DNA of 64,000 bases from a virus. This document shows positions 30,077-38,917 of this stretch, in pieces. Below the pieces are notes generated by a model, which was not told where the DNA came from, did no database searches, and was given only the letters and a program-made list of their open reading frames with translations. The stretch covers positions 1 to 64,000 of IMG/VR virus record IMGVR_UViG_3300019360_000007; one strand, written 5' to 3'. The translations under genes were made by a program, and so were the position numbers. The first letter of the stretch is position 1; each line of letters starts with the position of its first letter.

Positions 30077-30850
30077 TCAGGACTCCTCGAACGGGTTGAT
30101 GGTCGTGGGAAAGGACACGGCCGTGGGGCCCGAGAATGCGCGTGGATCTCCCACGAATGGGTCAAGGAGCGCAGTGGAGGGAGAACCCGCCGCCTCGCTT
30201 TCGCCCGTCGAGAGCGTGGAGGCTGGACCCAGGGATACGGGCCTGGCCGACTGGAACCTCATGATCTCGCGGTCGATGAGGAACCGGGCGCTGAGGTTGA
30301 ACTGGTACGGGGTCTCGGCCGCCTCGGCCACGGTGAACTGGCCATCGAACCACCCGATGTGCGACGCGCCGTCGAACGTGATCTTGATGTACCCCTGCGC
30401 GGCGATGTTCCCGAAGACATCGTAGATGGCCCCGTTGTTGTGAAACAGCGCCAGGAGGTCGAGGTACTTGTCGTAGGCTATGGTCTCCCGGCGTCCCTGA
30501 TCTCCCGAGGATGATCCGCCGATGTTGGACAGGCCCGTGTAGAGCCGCATGAATCCCCCAGTCGCCGCCTCGAAGGAAATCTCCTCGGTGGCGTCCCCCC
30601 AGTGGAACTCGACGAACCCGGCCCTGGTCTGCACGCGCTCGATCTGCTTCGCGTAGCTGAGTTGCATCGTTCTCGGGTTCACGTGGAGGACGAGGCGAAG
30701 GCCTCCAGCGACCTGATCGAGCAGACTGGTCTCCCTGTCCGGGAGGAGGATGTCGAAGATGACAGGGCGGCGACCTCGCCTGGGCCCTCCCTCCTCGCCC
30801 TTGAGAGGACCTGAGAACGCTCCTCGGAAGACTGGAAGCTGGCTAGGCAT
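30077..30850 (-). CDS. Tube-initiator / tail-tube-like baseplate protein, 257 aa
   Basis: LHVNPRTMQLSYAKQIERVQTRAGFVEFHWGD...GWFDGQFTVAE...PYQFNLSARF; directly after tape measure. Confidence 0.65.
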   Translation of the reverse strand: MPSQLPVFRGAFSGPLKGEEGGPRRGRRPVIFDILLPDRETSLLDQVAGGLRLVLHVNPRTMQLSYAKQIERVQTRAGFVEFHWGDATEEISFEAATGGFMRLYTGLSNIGGSSSGDQGRRETIAYDKYLDLLALFHNNGAIYDVFGNIAAQGYIKITFDGASHIGWFDGQFTVAEAAETPYQFNLSARFLIDREIMRFQSARPVSLGPASTLSTGESEAAGSPSTALLDPFVGDPRAFSGPTAVSFPTTINPFEES

Positions 30851-33800
30851 TGCCGGTCGCCCTCAACGCGCGCATGACGGTGCTGTAGATTCGTCGCTGG
30901 TCCCCGCCGTGGATGTTGACGTTGACCGTCCCGCGCGTCCGTGGGCCGCCCGCCATGCCCGTCGCGATGGGTCCTCCAGGACGCATGGCCATCACCGTGT
31001 CGCGCTCGTCGGTGATGATGGGCCGTCCACCTCCAGCCGGCAGGATGAGGTCCTTGGCCGCTTGGGCCGTCTCAAACACTTGGAGATTCTTGAGATCGTT
31101 TGCTTTGCGCGCCGTGTCCAGCGTGGCGACGGCGATCTCCGCTAGATTGACGTTCGCCTCCTGCTGAAGCTGCTTCGTCGGATCCGAGGCCTCCTGCATC
31201 GCCTGTCCAACCGCATCTCGGACACGCTCAAAGAACTGTTCTTGCGTCTCCCCTACATAGGTCTGGCCGGCTGCCTCTGCCGCTCGTTCCTGCACTCGCA
31301 GACCCTGGGTGGTCGTCATGCCCGACGCCATGGTCACCCGCCGCGCGAAATCCTTCGCGGCCTCGGTCCACTGCGTCTCGAACTTGTTCTCGATGGTATC
31401 CGGCATGTCCTCCATCATCGCCATCATCTCCTCGTACCCGGCACTGAGGTTGGGCGAGATGGCCTCCAAGGCCATTCCCTGTTCTCGCATCTTCTCCTCG
31501 ATCGCAAGGAGGATCTGGCTGGTGTACATCCCCTCGGTGTCCATGTGCGACAGGATCTCCGACCCTCTCTCAGCAGTCTCGCCCATGTGTCTCATGTCCT
31601 CGTTAGCCTGTGCCAGAACCTCGATCTGGTCGTCGAAGCCTTTCTTGAGAATGGGATCCTGCGTCCCCTCCCTGGACTTCTGCAGACCCTGGATGAGCTT
31701 GTTGTTGGCCTCGATCGCATTGGTCACGTCGGTCTGCGTCTTGGCCAAGTTTCGCTCGACCGTGGCACGTCCCTTGACCCCCGGATCTTCCGGGCTGAAG
31801 ACGTGCCACCAGTCGAGGAAGCTCATCCAGAAGTCGTGGACCTCTTTCCATATCTTATTGAGGATCTTGGCGATGTTCGCCTCCAGCACGTTGGACAGCT
31901 TCTCCGTGTTCTGCGATATTTGCCGCGCGAGTTCGATGTCCTCGGACACCGCTTGTCCTGCGGCCTTCTGGTATCGGTCGTTCTGCGCGAGCATCAGGCC
32001 CTGCTCGTCCGTGACCTGCTTGCCAAGAATGACTGTGTTCGACTTGGAGTCGAAAGTCGCACCGACGATCTCGCCTGTCTGGGTGACAACGGCCCCGTAC
32101 AGCTCGGCCATCGCTCGCATATCCTCGTTGGCGATCTTTTGCTGTCCGCTCTGTATTCGACCCTGAATCGCCCGAAGCGACTTCAAATCGGCGGCTGTGG
32201 CCCTGGAGGCGTCGATCAACGCATCGAGCTGCTTCCCGGAAAATCCCGTGACCTGCTCGGCGGCAGCCCGTCCTGGGGCTCCCTCCTCCGCGATGAAGCG
32301 GTGGAGCATCCGACCCGAGAAGACCTGGCTCTGCGTGAGCATCGCCAGCGTCGCGGCCGGTCCGACCCGACCCATCGCCTCGACTTGCTGTCCCAGGTCA
32401 CCCTGGCCTGCCTGGATCGTCTCAATCAGGTTGTCCATCCGCTGGACCATCTCCGGCTCGTACCCGATCCGCTTGAGCTTGGCCATCAGCTTCTCCCGCT
32501 CCTCCTCTCCCATCTTCCCGAGACTCTTGACCAGAGAAGCTCCGCTCGTGATGCCCGCCTTCTCCCAGAGATTCTTGTCGGAGAGATTCTTGGTGAGGTC
32601 TGCGTAGATCCCCTCGGCCTCGGCCTCGGCCACGTCGGCGAATATGCGGGCCGTCTCGGCCTGACCCGTAAGCAAGATCTGCTTGAGGCGAGCCTCCGTG
32701 GTCGCGTCCGTCCACGTATTGGTGAGGGACTTGAACAGCTCGACTCCGGCCGTCTCCCCCATGATGTTGCTCAGGTACTTGAGCATCTTGCCCGCCTCCT
32801 CAAGGCGCACGGCGTAGAAGCCCATGCCCGACGTGGCCTCGAGGATCGTCGAGTAGAATCGTTTCGTGGAGAATCCGGACAGCGCCGCCTCTCGGTGGAC
32901 GGTCGAGAGTCCCTCGGCGATCTGGCCGAGACCTACGCCGAAGTCGTTGGCGAGATCCCCCATATTGGTGCCCACCATCTGCAGGTCGATACCGAACAGC
33001 TTCGAGTACGTGATGGCCAGCTCGGCCGCGTCCGCGTAGTCGTGCATGTTCGCCGCGCCCCGGTCTATCTCCTCTCGCATCTTCCTGAACTGGTAGTTCG
33101 CCTCGTTCATCGCCCCGAGCACGCGGAACATGTCCTGTGCATTGACGCGGAACCCATTGATCTTGCTGGCGGCGTCCGTGATCTGCGTGCGAATCGTCTC
33201 CAGTTCCTGACCGAAGCGCTGCCCGGCCTCCACGGGTCGTCCTCCGATGCCGAAGTCTGCAATGCCCGCCGTGTCTGCGATGGCCTTGTTCATCTCAACG
33301 ATGCGGTCGTTGAGGTCCATGAACAGCTTGACCAGGGCCATGACGGCCCCGGCCACGGCAGCTATCGCCACGAGGGCACCCCCGAAACCGGCCACGGCCC
33401 TTCCGGCAACGGCCATCCCTCTGGCCTGGGTGGGGTCGACCTCCCTGATCCTCCGTGCTCTATCCTGTTCCGCTCGTCCTCGCTGCTGAATTCTCCCAGC
33501 GATCCCTCGACCGAGACCCAATATTCCCTCGGGCGAAGATATCCCCGCCTGGATCTCCTGGACAGAGTCCTTGAAAGCGTCGGCGCTCTCGCTGAATGTC
33601 CTGACCTGACGTCTGCTCATCGCCTCAAATGCTTCGGCCTGAGCCTCGACCTCACGGGCAAATCGCTTGGACCTTTGATCGAGCGTGCGCTCGATCTTCT
33701 CGGCCTCGGCGACCTTCCCCTCAAGCATGAGCTTGTGCCACTTCTCTGCGGCACCGATGATGTTCGTGTCGAGAAACTTCCTGATGGCCTCCCCTGATCG

Positions 33801-33974
33801 CCCTGAGGCAAGCGCGAGCTTCATACCGTCGGACATCCCCGACGCGACCTTGCGTTTCACGTCGGCGGCGAAGTCCTTGGCCGCTTCACTCAGGCCTCGC
33901 CCGAGATTGTTGACGACGTCGTCGATCGATTTCTTGTCGAAAAGGAATTCGGCTACAATGCGGGGATTCGCCAC
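30843..33974 (-). CDS. Tape measure protein, 1043 aa
   Basis: Ala/Gly/Glu/Met-rich helical sequence, hydrophobic FGGALVAIAAVAGAVMALV segment, C-terminal VNVNIHGGD; canonical position after tube and chaperones. Confidence 0.8.
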   Translation of the reverse strand: MANPRIVAEFLFDKKSIDDVVNNLGRGLSEAAKDFAADVKRKVASGMSDGMKLALASGRSGEAIRKFLDTNIIGAAEKWHKLMLEGKVAEAEKIERTLDQRSKRFAREVEAQAEAFEAMSRRQVRTFSESADAFKDSVQEIQAGISSPEGILGLGRGIAGRIQQRGRAEQDRARRIREVDPTQARGMAVAGRAVAGFGGALVAIAAVAGAVMALVKLFMDLNDRIVEMNKAIADTAGIADFGIGGRPVEAGQRFGQELETIRTQITDAASKINGFRVNAQDMFRVLGAMNEANYQFRKMREEIDRGAANMHDYADAAELAITYSKLFGIDLQMVGTNMGDLANDFGVGLGQIAEGLSTVHREAALSGFSTKRFYSTILEATSGMGFYAVRLEEAGKMLKYLSNIMGETAGVELFKSLTNTWTDATTEARLKQILLTGQAETARIFADVAEAEAEGIYADLTKNLSDKNLWEKAGITSGASLVKSLGKMGEEEREKLMAKLKRIGYEPEMVQRMDNLIETIQAGQGDLGQQVEAMGRVGPAATLAMLTQSQVFSGRMLHRFIAEEGAPGRAAAEQVTGFSGKQLDALIDASRATAADLKSLRAIQGRIQSGQQKIANEDMRAMAELYGAVVTQTGEIVGATFDSKSNTVILGKQVTDEQGLMLAQNDRYQKAAGQAVSEDIELARQISQNTEKLSNVLEANIAKILNKIWKEVHDFWMSFLDWWHVFSPEDPGVKGRATVERNLAKTQTDVTNAIEANNKLIQGLQKSREGTQDPILKKGFDDQIEVLAQANEDMRHMGETAERGSEILSHMDTEGMYTSQILLAIEEKMREQGMALEAISPNLSAGYEEMMAMMEDMPDTIENKFETQWTEAAKDFARRVTMASGMTTTQGLRVQERAAEAAGQTYVGETQEQFFERVRDAVGQAMQEASDPTKQLQQEANVNLAEIAVATLDTARKANDLKNLQVFETAQAAKDLILPAGGGRPIITDERDTVMAMRPGGPIATGMAGGPRTRGTVNVNIHGGDQRRIYSTVMRALRATGNA

Positions 33975-33977
33975 GGC

Positions 33978-35216
33978 CTATTCCTCCCCACCATCGCCAT
34001 CGAAGGATGCTGTAGGCCGTCTGCGCTCTATGTTCTCCTGAAGCGTTCTCCGATCCTCGTCAGGGCGGACGAGCATGCGTAACATCTCAGGATCCGCAGA
34101 TACGTCGGGCGAAATGTGCCCCGCGTCATCGACCTTGAGGGTTCCCGACGAGGGTCTCGACTTGATGTACTTGTCGTATGCCCTGTTGTGAGTGTTGTCG
34201 AGGAGAACGCGTGAGCCCGGGAGTCGGTCTCTCAATCTCGCGATCAGCTCCCGACCAGCGTCGCCCGACAGCGGGACCATCTGCGACCTGGGAACGCCTT
34301 CCTCGTCGAGCGCTCTCTGCAGAGCGCGCTGGCTATCGATCGCCTCCGCGCGGCGGCGCTCGACGTCGTTCCGGATCTTGTCCTTGACAGACTCCACGAC
34401 AAGGTCGTGGTCGTCTTTAATCCCGAGGACCCAGCGACGCATTTCCTCGCGCATCTCCTCGGGACTCTCGGCTTGACGGAACTCCTGGAACGCACGTTTC
34501 TTCGCCCGCGGAGCACCGTCCCGCTTCGGTTTGAGCACGCCCGTGGCCTCGTAATAGACGCGATCCATCGTAGCCTGACGTTGGCGGCGGCGATCGGCGT
34601 CCCGCTTCGAGTCCTGCGCCGCGATCTTCTTGACTCCTTTGGGGGCGTGGGGTCCGACAAGGAACTTGGCGATGGCCCACTCGTAATCGTTGGCCTCTCT
34701 TTCGTCCTCCAGGTTATTGAAGTACGTCCACACGCGTCTCACTGGATTGGTCCCGAGGCAGACCCCGTGCAGACTTCTTCCCTCGGCGACTCGGTTACGT
34801 TCGGCCGTCCAGAGCAGTCTGGACTCCGCCTCGTAAATGAACGCCTCCACCCTCTCCGTCGCCTCGTGTACCTGATTCATCAGGGCAGTCACAATCGCGT
34901 TGAGATCATCGAGCACCGTCACGGGGATCTGACGACACATCTCGTACAGGCGGTAGATAGCCTCGTCGTCACCGAGAACGACCTGACCATCGACCATCCA
35001 TGTGGCCGATGCAACGAGCCACGCGCTCCAATCTCGAGGCGTCGTACCCCATGTTCTCGTCCTCAGGATGAACCAGTCGTCATCGCTCAGGGAGCGCAAC
35101 ACGAGGCGTGTCCCGCTTACCGCCACGTGATGGAGCAGGAACCCAGGGTAGACCAGGGCCCGAACTCCCTCGTAGATCCGGTGGCGCTGCTCGGGGCCGG
35201 TGACGGCAAGCTGCAT
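33978..35216 (-). CDS. Putative tail assembly chaperone 2, 412 aa
   Basis: Between tube and tape measure; N-terminal VAVSGTRLVLRSL resembles the neighbour's EAQGLQITLRAL. Confidence 0.5.
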   Translation of the reverse strand: MQLAVTGPEQRHRIYEGVRALVYPGFLLHHVAVSGTRLVLRSLSDDDWFILRTRTWGTTPRDWSAWLVASATWMVDGQVVLGDDEAIYRLYEMCRQIPVTVLDDLNAIVTALMNQVHEATERVEAFIYEAESRLLWTAERNRVAEGRSLHGVCLGTNPVRRVWTYFNNLEDEREANDYEWAIAKFLVGPHAPKGVKKIAAQDSKRDADRRRQRQATMDRVYYEATGVLKPKRDGAPRAKKRAFQEFRQAESPEEMREEMRRWVLGIKDDHDLVVESVKDKIRNDVERRRAEAIDSQRALQRALDEEGVPRSQMVPLSGDAGRELIARLRDRLPGSRVLLDNTHNRAYDKYIKSRPSSGTLKVDDAGHISPDVSADPEMLRMLVRPDEDRRTLQENIERRRPTASFDGDGGEE

Positions 35217-35219
35217 GGC

Positions 35220-36497
35220 CTACGGCTCGCCCGGACCCCTGAACCGCTCGTTCCTTGCGCCAGGGGTGGGATTCACAGTCGGAGGATCGTTGCCACGTCC
35301 GTGCGCGTTGGGTCTGTCTAGCGTCTGCGCGGGCATTTTGAAGACCGGCTTGCCGTGAAGCTGGACGGGCGGGTCCTGTCCCGACCGGGGGGGCTGCGGC
35401 TTCCCGGTCCTGACTGCTCCCGCCCGACCATCGACGAGAGCATCGTTGATGTTGCTCGCAGCCCGCATCCCCTCCGTTCGCGTGTCGAGCGACGTCGCTT
35501 GTGGGCGTCCTCCGCGACGCTGGGCCTCTCGGGCCTGCGCCGCGCGGTCGGCCGTCGTGGGGAGCCCTGCTTCAGCCCGCGCGTTCTCGTGCTCCTGACG
35601 AGCACGTTGGCGCTCTTGGTGCTGCTGTCGGAGCAGCGCCTGTCGTCTCGTTTCGCTCCGCAATGCCTCGTCGGGATCCGTGGGATCGAAAAACGAATCC
35701 CCATCGTGAGGCAGCGGGATCCCAGTCTCCTCGGGAACTTGCGTCGTGGACGGGACCTGTGGTCCTGCCGCCGGAGATGACGGCTCCTGGGATCGCGCCG
35801 GAGCCGTCGCCGCCGCGGGCACAGCGGAACGACGTCCAGGCGCCCGCTCTGGGGGAGGTTCGGACTCGGGAGCGGGCTCAAGCAGATCGTCCACGGCCTT
35901 CTGGACCGCCTCCACGGCCGATGTGTCCGGGGAGGTCGGCCTCGGACCGCCGGGAGTTCTTCCGTCCTGCTTGGCCTTGGTGTCGCGGAGTTCCTTGATG
36001 CGCTTCTCCAGCCTGGTGATCTCCTCCTCGACATCAATCGGCTCAAACTTGATGCTGCGCGACGCATTGATCTCAATGCGCCCGACGAGTTCACCGTACT
36101 TGGCGAACACCTCCGTCAGCATGGTCCTCGACCACTCGCGCGCGATCATGTCTCTGATCGCCTCCCACTTCGGGACGGACACGCTCTTGCCACCGTCGAG
36201 TTCCCCCGTCTCGATGTACTCGACACCTCGAAGGTCGAGATCACCGATCTGGACCAGCGAGAACCCCAGAGCCGCATGACGCATGCGGTCCATGAAGTCT
36301 GTGAATGCGGCTTGGTCCGGTTTCTTCTCGGACCCCGTCTCCATCGCGGCCTGAGCGTACCGCTGGACCTCTGTCTCCTGGTCGGGACGAAGGGCTCTCA
36401 GGGTGATCTGAAGACCTTGTGCCTCAAACGTGAATTCAAGGTCGCGGATGCTCTCGACTCTGGTGATCGCGGCCTCTAGGGCCTTCAGGTTGACCAT
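35220..36497 (-). CDS. Putative tail assembly chaperone 1, ~425 aa, with disordered Pro-rich C-half
   Basis: ATG 36497 with GGAG upstream; first gene after tail tube. Confidence 0.55.
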   Translation of the reverse strand: MVNLKALEAAITRVESIRDLEFTFEAQGLQITLRALRPDQETEVQRYAQAAMETGSEKKPDQAAFTDFMDRMRHAALGFSLVQIGDLDLRGVEYIETGELDGGKSVSVPKWEAIRDMIAREWSRTMLTEVFAKYGELVGRIEINASRSIKFEPIDVEEEITRLEKRIKELRDTKAKQDGRTPGGPRPTSPDTSAVEAVQKAVDDLLEPAPESEPPPERAPGRRSAVPAAATAPARSQEPSSPAAGPQVPSTTQVPEETGIPLPHDGDSFFDPTDPDEALRSETRRQALLRQQHQERQRARQEHENARAEAGLPTTADRAAQAREAQRRGGRPQATSLDTRTEGMRAASNINDALVDGRAGAVRTGKPQPPRSGQDPPVQLHGKPVFKMPAQTLDRPNAHGRGNDPPTVNPTPGARNERFRGPGEP

Positions 36498-36524
36498 GAC
36501 TCTCTCCACATCGTGGTGGAGCAG

Positions 36525-36722
36525 GTCGGTGGATCGTGCTCACAGCGCAAACGATTCACATGTGTGAGTGCCCGTGTACATGTACGTCTGACCGTCCCAC
36601 GTTGGGGAGGATGCGGACAGCTCGAAGTGGGATTCTTGCATTCCCATCTGATTCACGTTCACGTCTGCGTCTGTGACGCTTCCACCGATTGCTCGGGTTG
36701 AAAAACCCCCTGGCGGGAGGCG
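36525..36722 (-). ncRNA. Structured non-coding element, copy A (candidate cis-regulatory RNA)
   Basis: Colinear similarity to 50885-51065, including hairpin CCTCCC-CAACGT-GGGACGG (36592-36610) and AGACG(T)/GTGAA repeats. Confidence 0.5.
36700..36721 (-). terminator. Weak intrinsic terminator-like hairpin after the tail tube gene
   Basis: Minus strand GCCTCC-CGCCA-GGGGGT followed by TTTT, about 40 nt after the tube stop; stem has two G-U pairs. Confidence 0.35.
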
Positions 36723-36763
36723 CTGGCTTGGGCAGGATCACGAGACCGTACCCGAGAACTGGA

Positions 36764-37555
36764 CTAGACCGTCACGAAGTCGGAGGCGGCTCTCTGATCG
36801 CCCACGTTGTAGCGCACCGAGCCGACCTGGCCGATGGTCGGGTCGTTGCCGGTGGCGAGGAACTCGCCGTACTCGGACGAGAAGTCGTGCACGTCGGAGA
36901 TCGTGATGTCCCCGGTCTCCATGAGCATGCCAGTGTCGCGGCCCAGGTTCGTCAGAGACCACGAGTTGAACCAGCACGTCTCGTAGAGCGTGATGATGGC
37001 CGTGTGGCCGCGCAGGTCGCCGGGGAAGTTGTTCGGGTCGTTCGTGACCTGCGGGTAGGTGATCTCCTTGACGCCGCCGTCGAAGGTCCCGCCCCCGCCG
37101 TTGAACCCGACTCCGGCCTGTCCGGTGAGGTCGAAGTCCGCCAGCGTGGAGAAGACGAGCTGCTGCTCCACGTCGAACGGCCAGCGATGGTGACGCAGGG
37201 AGCGCACCGGTCCGCTGATCCCGCCCGCGTAGCCAGTCGCCTGCCAGAGGTTCGAGAGGTAGAGGAGAGCCCGCTCGAAGCCGGCAGTCATCGCCTCGGT
37301 CACGCTCGGGACGAGCTCGGCGATCATGTCGCCGAAGCCGATGCCGCGGAGAGTGTCGATGGTGCGCGTCTCGTTCGGGGTGAAGCTCGACAGCACGCCC
37401 ATCTGGAACAGGAGGTTCGCGTCGCTGCCGTAGGCCGGCGTCAAGACGCGGACCTTCTGGCTGACTGCCGTCCTCGTCTGCGGCGACGTGCCGTAGTCGT
37501 AGATGTAGCTGGAGCCCTGAACTCCCTGCGCCGGGTTGAGGTCTTTGTTGGCCAT
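36764..37555 (-). CDS. Tail tube protein, 263 aa
   Basis: GVLSSFTPNETRTIDTLRGIGFGDMIAELVP...RWPFDVEQ...TLYETCWFNSWS...METGDIT typical of large-myophage tube proteins; GAGGAAGG RBS; position between sheath and chaperones. Confidence 0.8.
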   Translation of the reverse strand: MANKDLNPAQGVQGSSYIYDYGTSPQTRTAVSQKVRVLTPAYGSDANLLFQMGVLSSFTPNETRTIDTLRGIGFGDMIAELVPSVTEAMTAGFERALLYLSNLWQATGYAGGISGPVRSLRHHRWPFDVEQQLVFSTLADFDLTGQAGVGFNGGGGTFDGGVKEITYPQVTNDPNNFPGDLRGHTAIITLYETCWFNSWSLTNLGRDTGMLMETGDITISDVHDFSSEYGEFLATGNDPTIGQVGSVRYNVGDQRAASDFVTV

Positions 37556-37645
37556 GATCGCCTTCCTCTCGTCAGGCGGCCGACCCCGGGGGGCCGTTCA
37601 CCGCGCAAAGTGGGGACGAGGGAGTCCCCTCCGAGAGAGAGGCGC

Positions 37646-38290
37646 CTATAGCCTGGCAAGCGAGACCAGCCAGCGGCGGGCAATGCGCGCGGCCACGCCC
37701 TCCGCGGCTCGCGGAGAGTCCCCAGGACCGGCACCTTCGCCCCTCGCCGCCCTCGCCAGCGGGTTGCCTTCCACGAGCCTCCAAGCCTCCAGGGCTCGCC
37801 TCATGGCCTTCCGCTTCTCGGGGTCCTTCTCGGACCGCAGACGACGTGCCAGCTCGGTCGGCGGCACGTTAATGAAGGTGGCCAGCGAATCAGAAGATCC
37901 ACCTCTCGCGAGCGACGCCTCTCGCGCCGCGATCTGCCGCCGCAGGCCGGGATGCAGGATGTTCCAGTGGGCGCGGATCCAGGCGGCGTCCGCCCAGACA
38001 CAGGCGTCGTGCTCGCCGCACAGCGTCGGGGTCCATCCCACGTTCTCGCTCGTGGCCATGACCAGACAGTACGCTCCGTCGCGCGCCATCTCCAGGACAT
38101 CGTGCGGAGGCAGGTGTCCCGTCTCCTCCGCGAACTCCCTCTCCGCCGCCGCGAGCGGGGACTCGCCGTTCTCCAGGTGTCCTCCTGGAACGGACCAGAG
38201 CCCGACATCGTCGGCATCAGGCCCCGGTGCCCGTCGAACGAGGAGAACGACCTTCCCGTCAGTGAGCCAGAGCCCTGCGCGCTCGATCAT
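37646..38290 (-). CDS. Nudix hydrolase, 214 aa
   Basis: Nudix box WSVPGGHLENGESPLAAAEREFAEETG; VLLVRR and EHDACVW flanking motifs. Confidence 0.88.
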   Translation of the reverse strand: MIERAGLWLTDGKVVLLVRRAPGPDADDVGLWSVPGGHLENGESPLAAAEREFAEETGHLPPHDVLEMARDGAYCLVMATSENVGWTPTLCGEHDACVWADAAWIRAHWNILHPGLRRQIAAREASLARGGSSDSLATFINVPPTELARRLRSEKDPEKRKAMRRALEAWRLVEGNPLARAARGEGAGPGDSPRAAEGVAARIARRWLVSLARL

Positions 38291-38312
38291 GCGGCGCCCG
38301 TACGCCGTCGGC

Positions 38313-38639
38313 TCACCGGCGGCCGGCTGCCCTCGGCGGAGTGAAGCGGTACTTCTCGGGGTCGACCAGGCCGGACTCGTCGGGCTCCATGCCGACGCGC
38401 TCGTCCTCGATCCTGTCGGCGATGCGCACCAGGTCCGTGTAGACCTGTGGCCGGAGATTCAGCGCCCGGGCCACCAGCGCGAGCTGCTTGATCAGGGCGG
38501 CGAGGGCGACGTCCTCGAAGTGCTCCTCGGCGAGGAGGTCGCGGACGAGACCCGGCAGGGGACGCAGCGTCGAACGATAGTCGAGCGCGCGCTTGACCCT
38601 GCGCAGGAAAGTCCAGTCGTCGAGAATCTGCATGGCCAC
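38313..38639 (-). CDS. Hypothetical protein, 108 aa
   Basis: Tiles with neighbours, plausible helical composition. Confidence 0.55.
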   Translation of the reverse strand: MAMQILDDWTFLRRVKRALDYRSTLRPLPGLVRDLLAEEHFEDVALAALIKQLALVARALNLRPQVYTDLVRIADRIEDERVGMEPDESGLVDPEKYRFTPPRAAGRR

Positions 38640-38644
38640 CTGAA

Positions 38645-38917
38645 TCAGATTCGATGCTTGGCGATGGCGGCGACCATCGCCTCTTCCATGGCCTTCTCCG
38701 CCTCTTCTGCCGTTGCAGCACCGTTGTAGGCGGCCTCGGCAGCACGGTAGATCTTGGGAATGTCCATGATGTTGACCTGAACGCGCTGCCCGTGCTTGTA
38801 GTAGGTCTTCGAGATCAGCGCCTCGAGCTTCTTGCCCTTGAGCTTGGCCGTCGACTTGGCCCAGTGCTCGGACGCCTCGCGCAGCAGACGACGTGCTTCT
38901 TGGATGTTCGGCTTCAT
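38645..38917 (-). CDS. Hypothetical protein, 90 aa
   Basis: ATGA overlap with upstream gene; shares AR.LLREAS with it. Confidence 0.65.
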   Translation of the reverse strand: MKPNIQEARRLLREASEHWAKSTAKLKGKKLEALISKTYYKHGQRVQVNIMDIPKIYRAAEAAYNGAATAEEAEKAMEEAMVAAIAKHRI

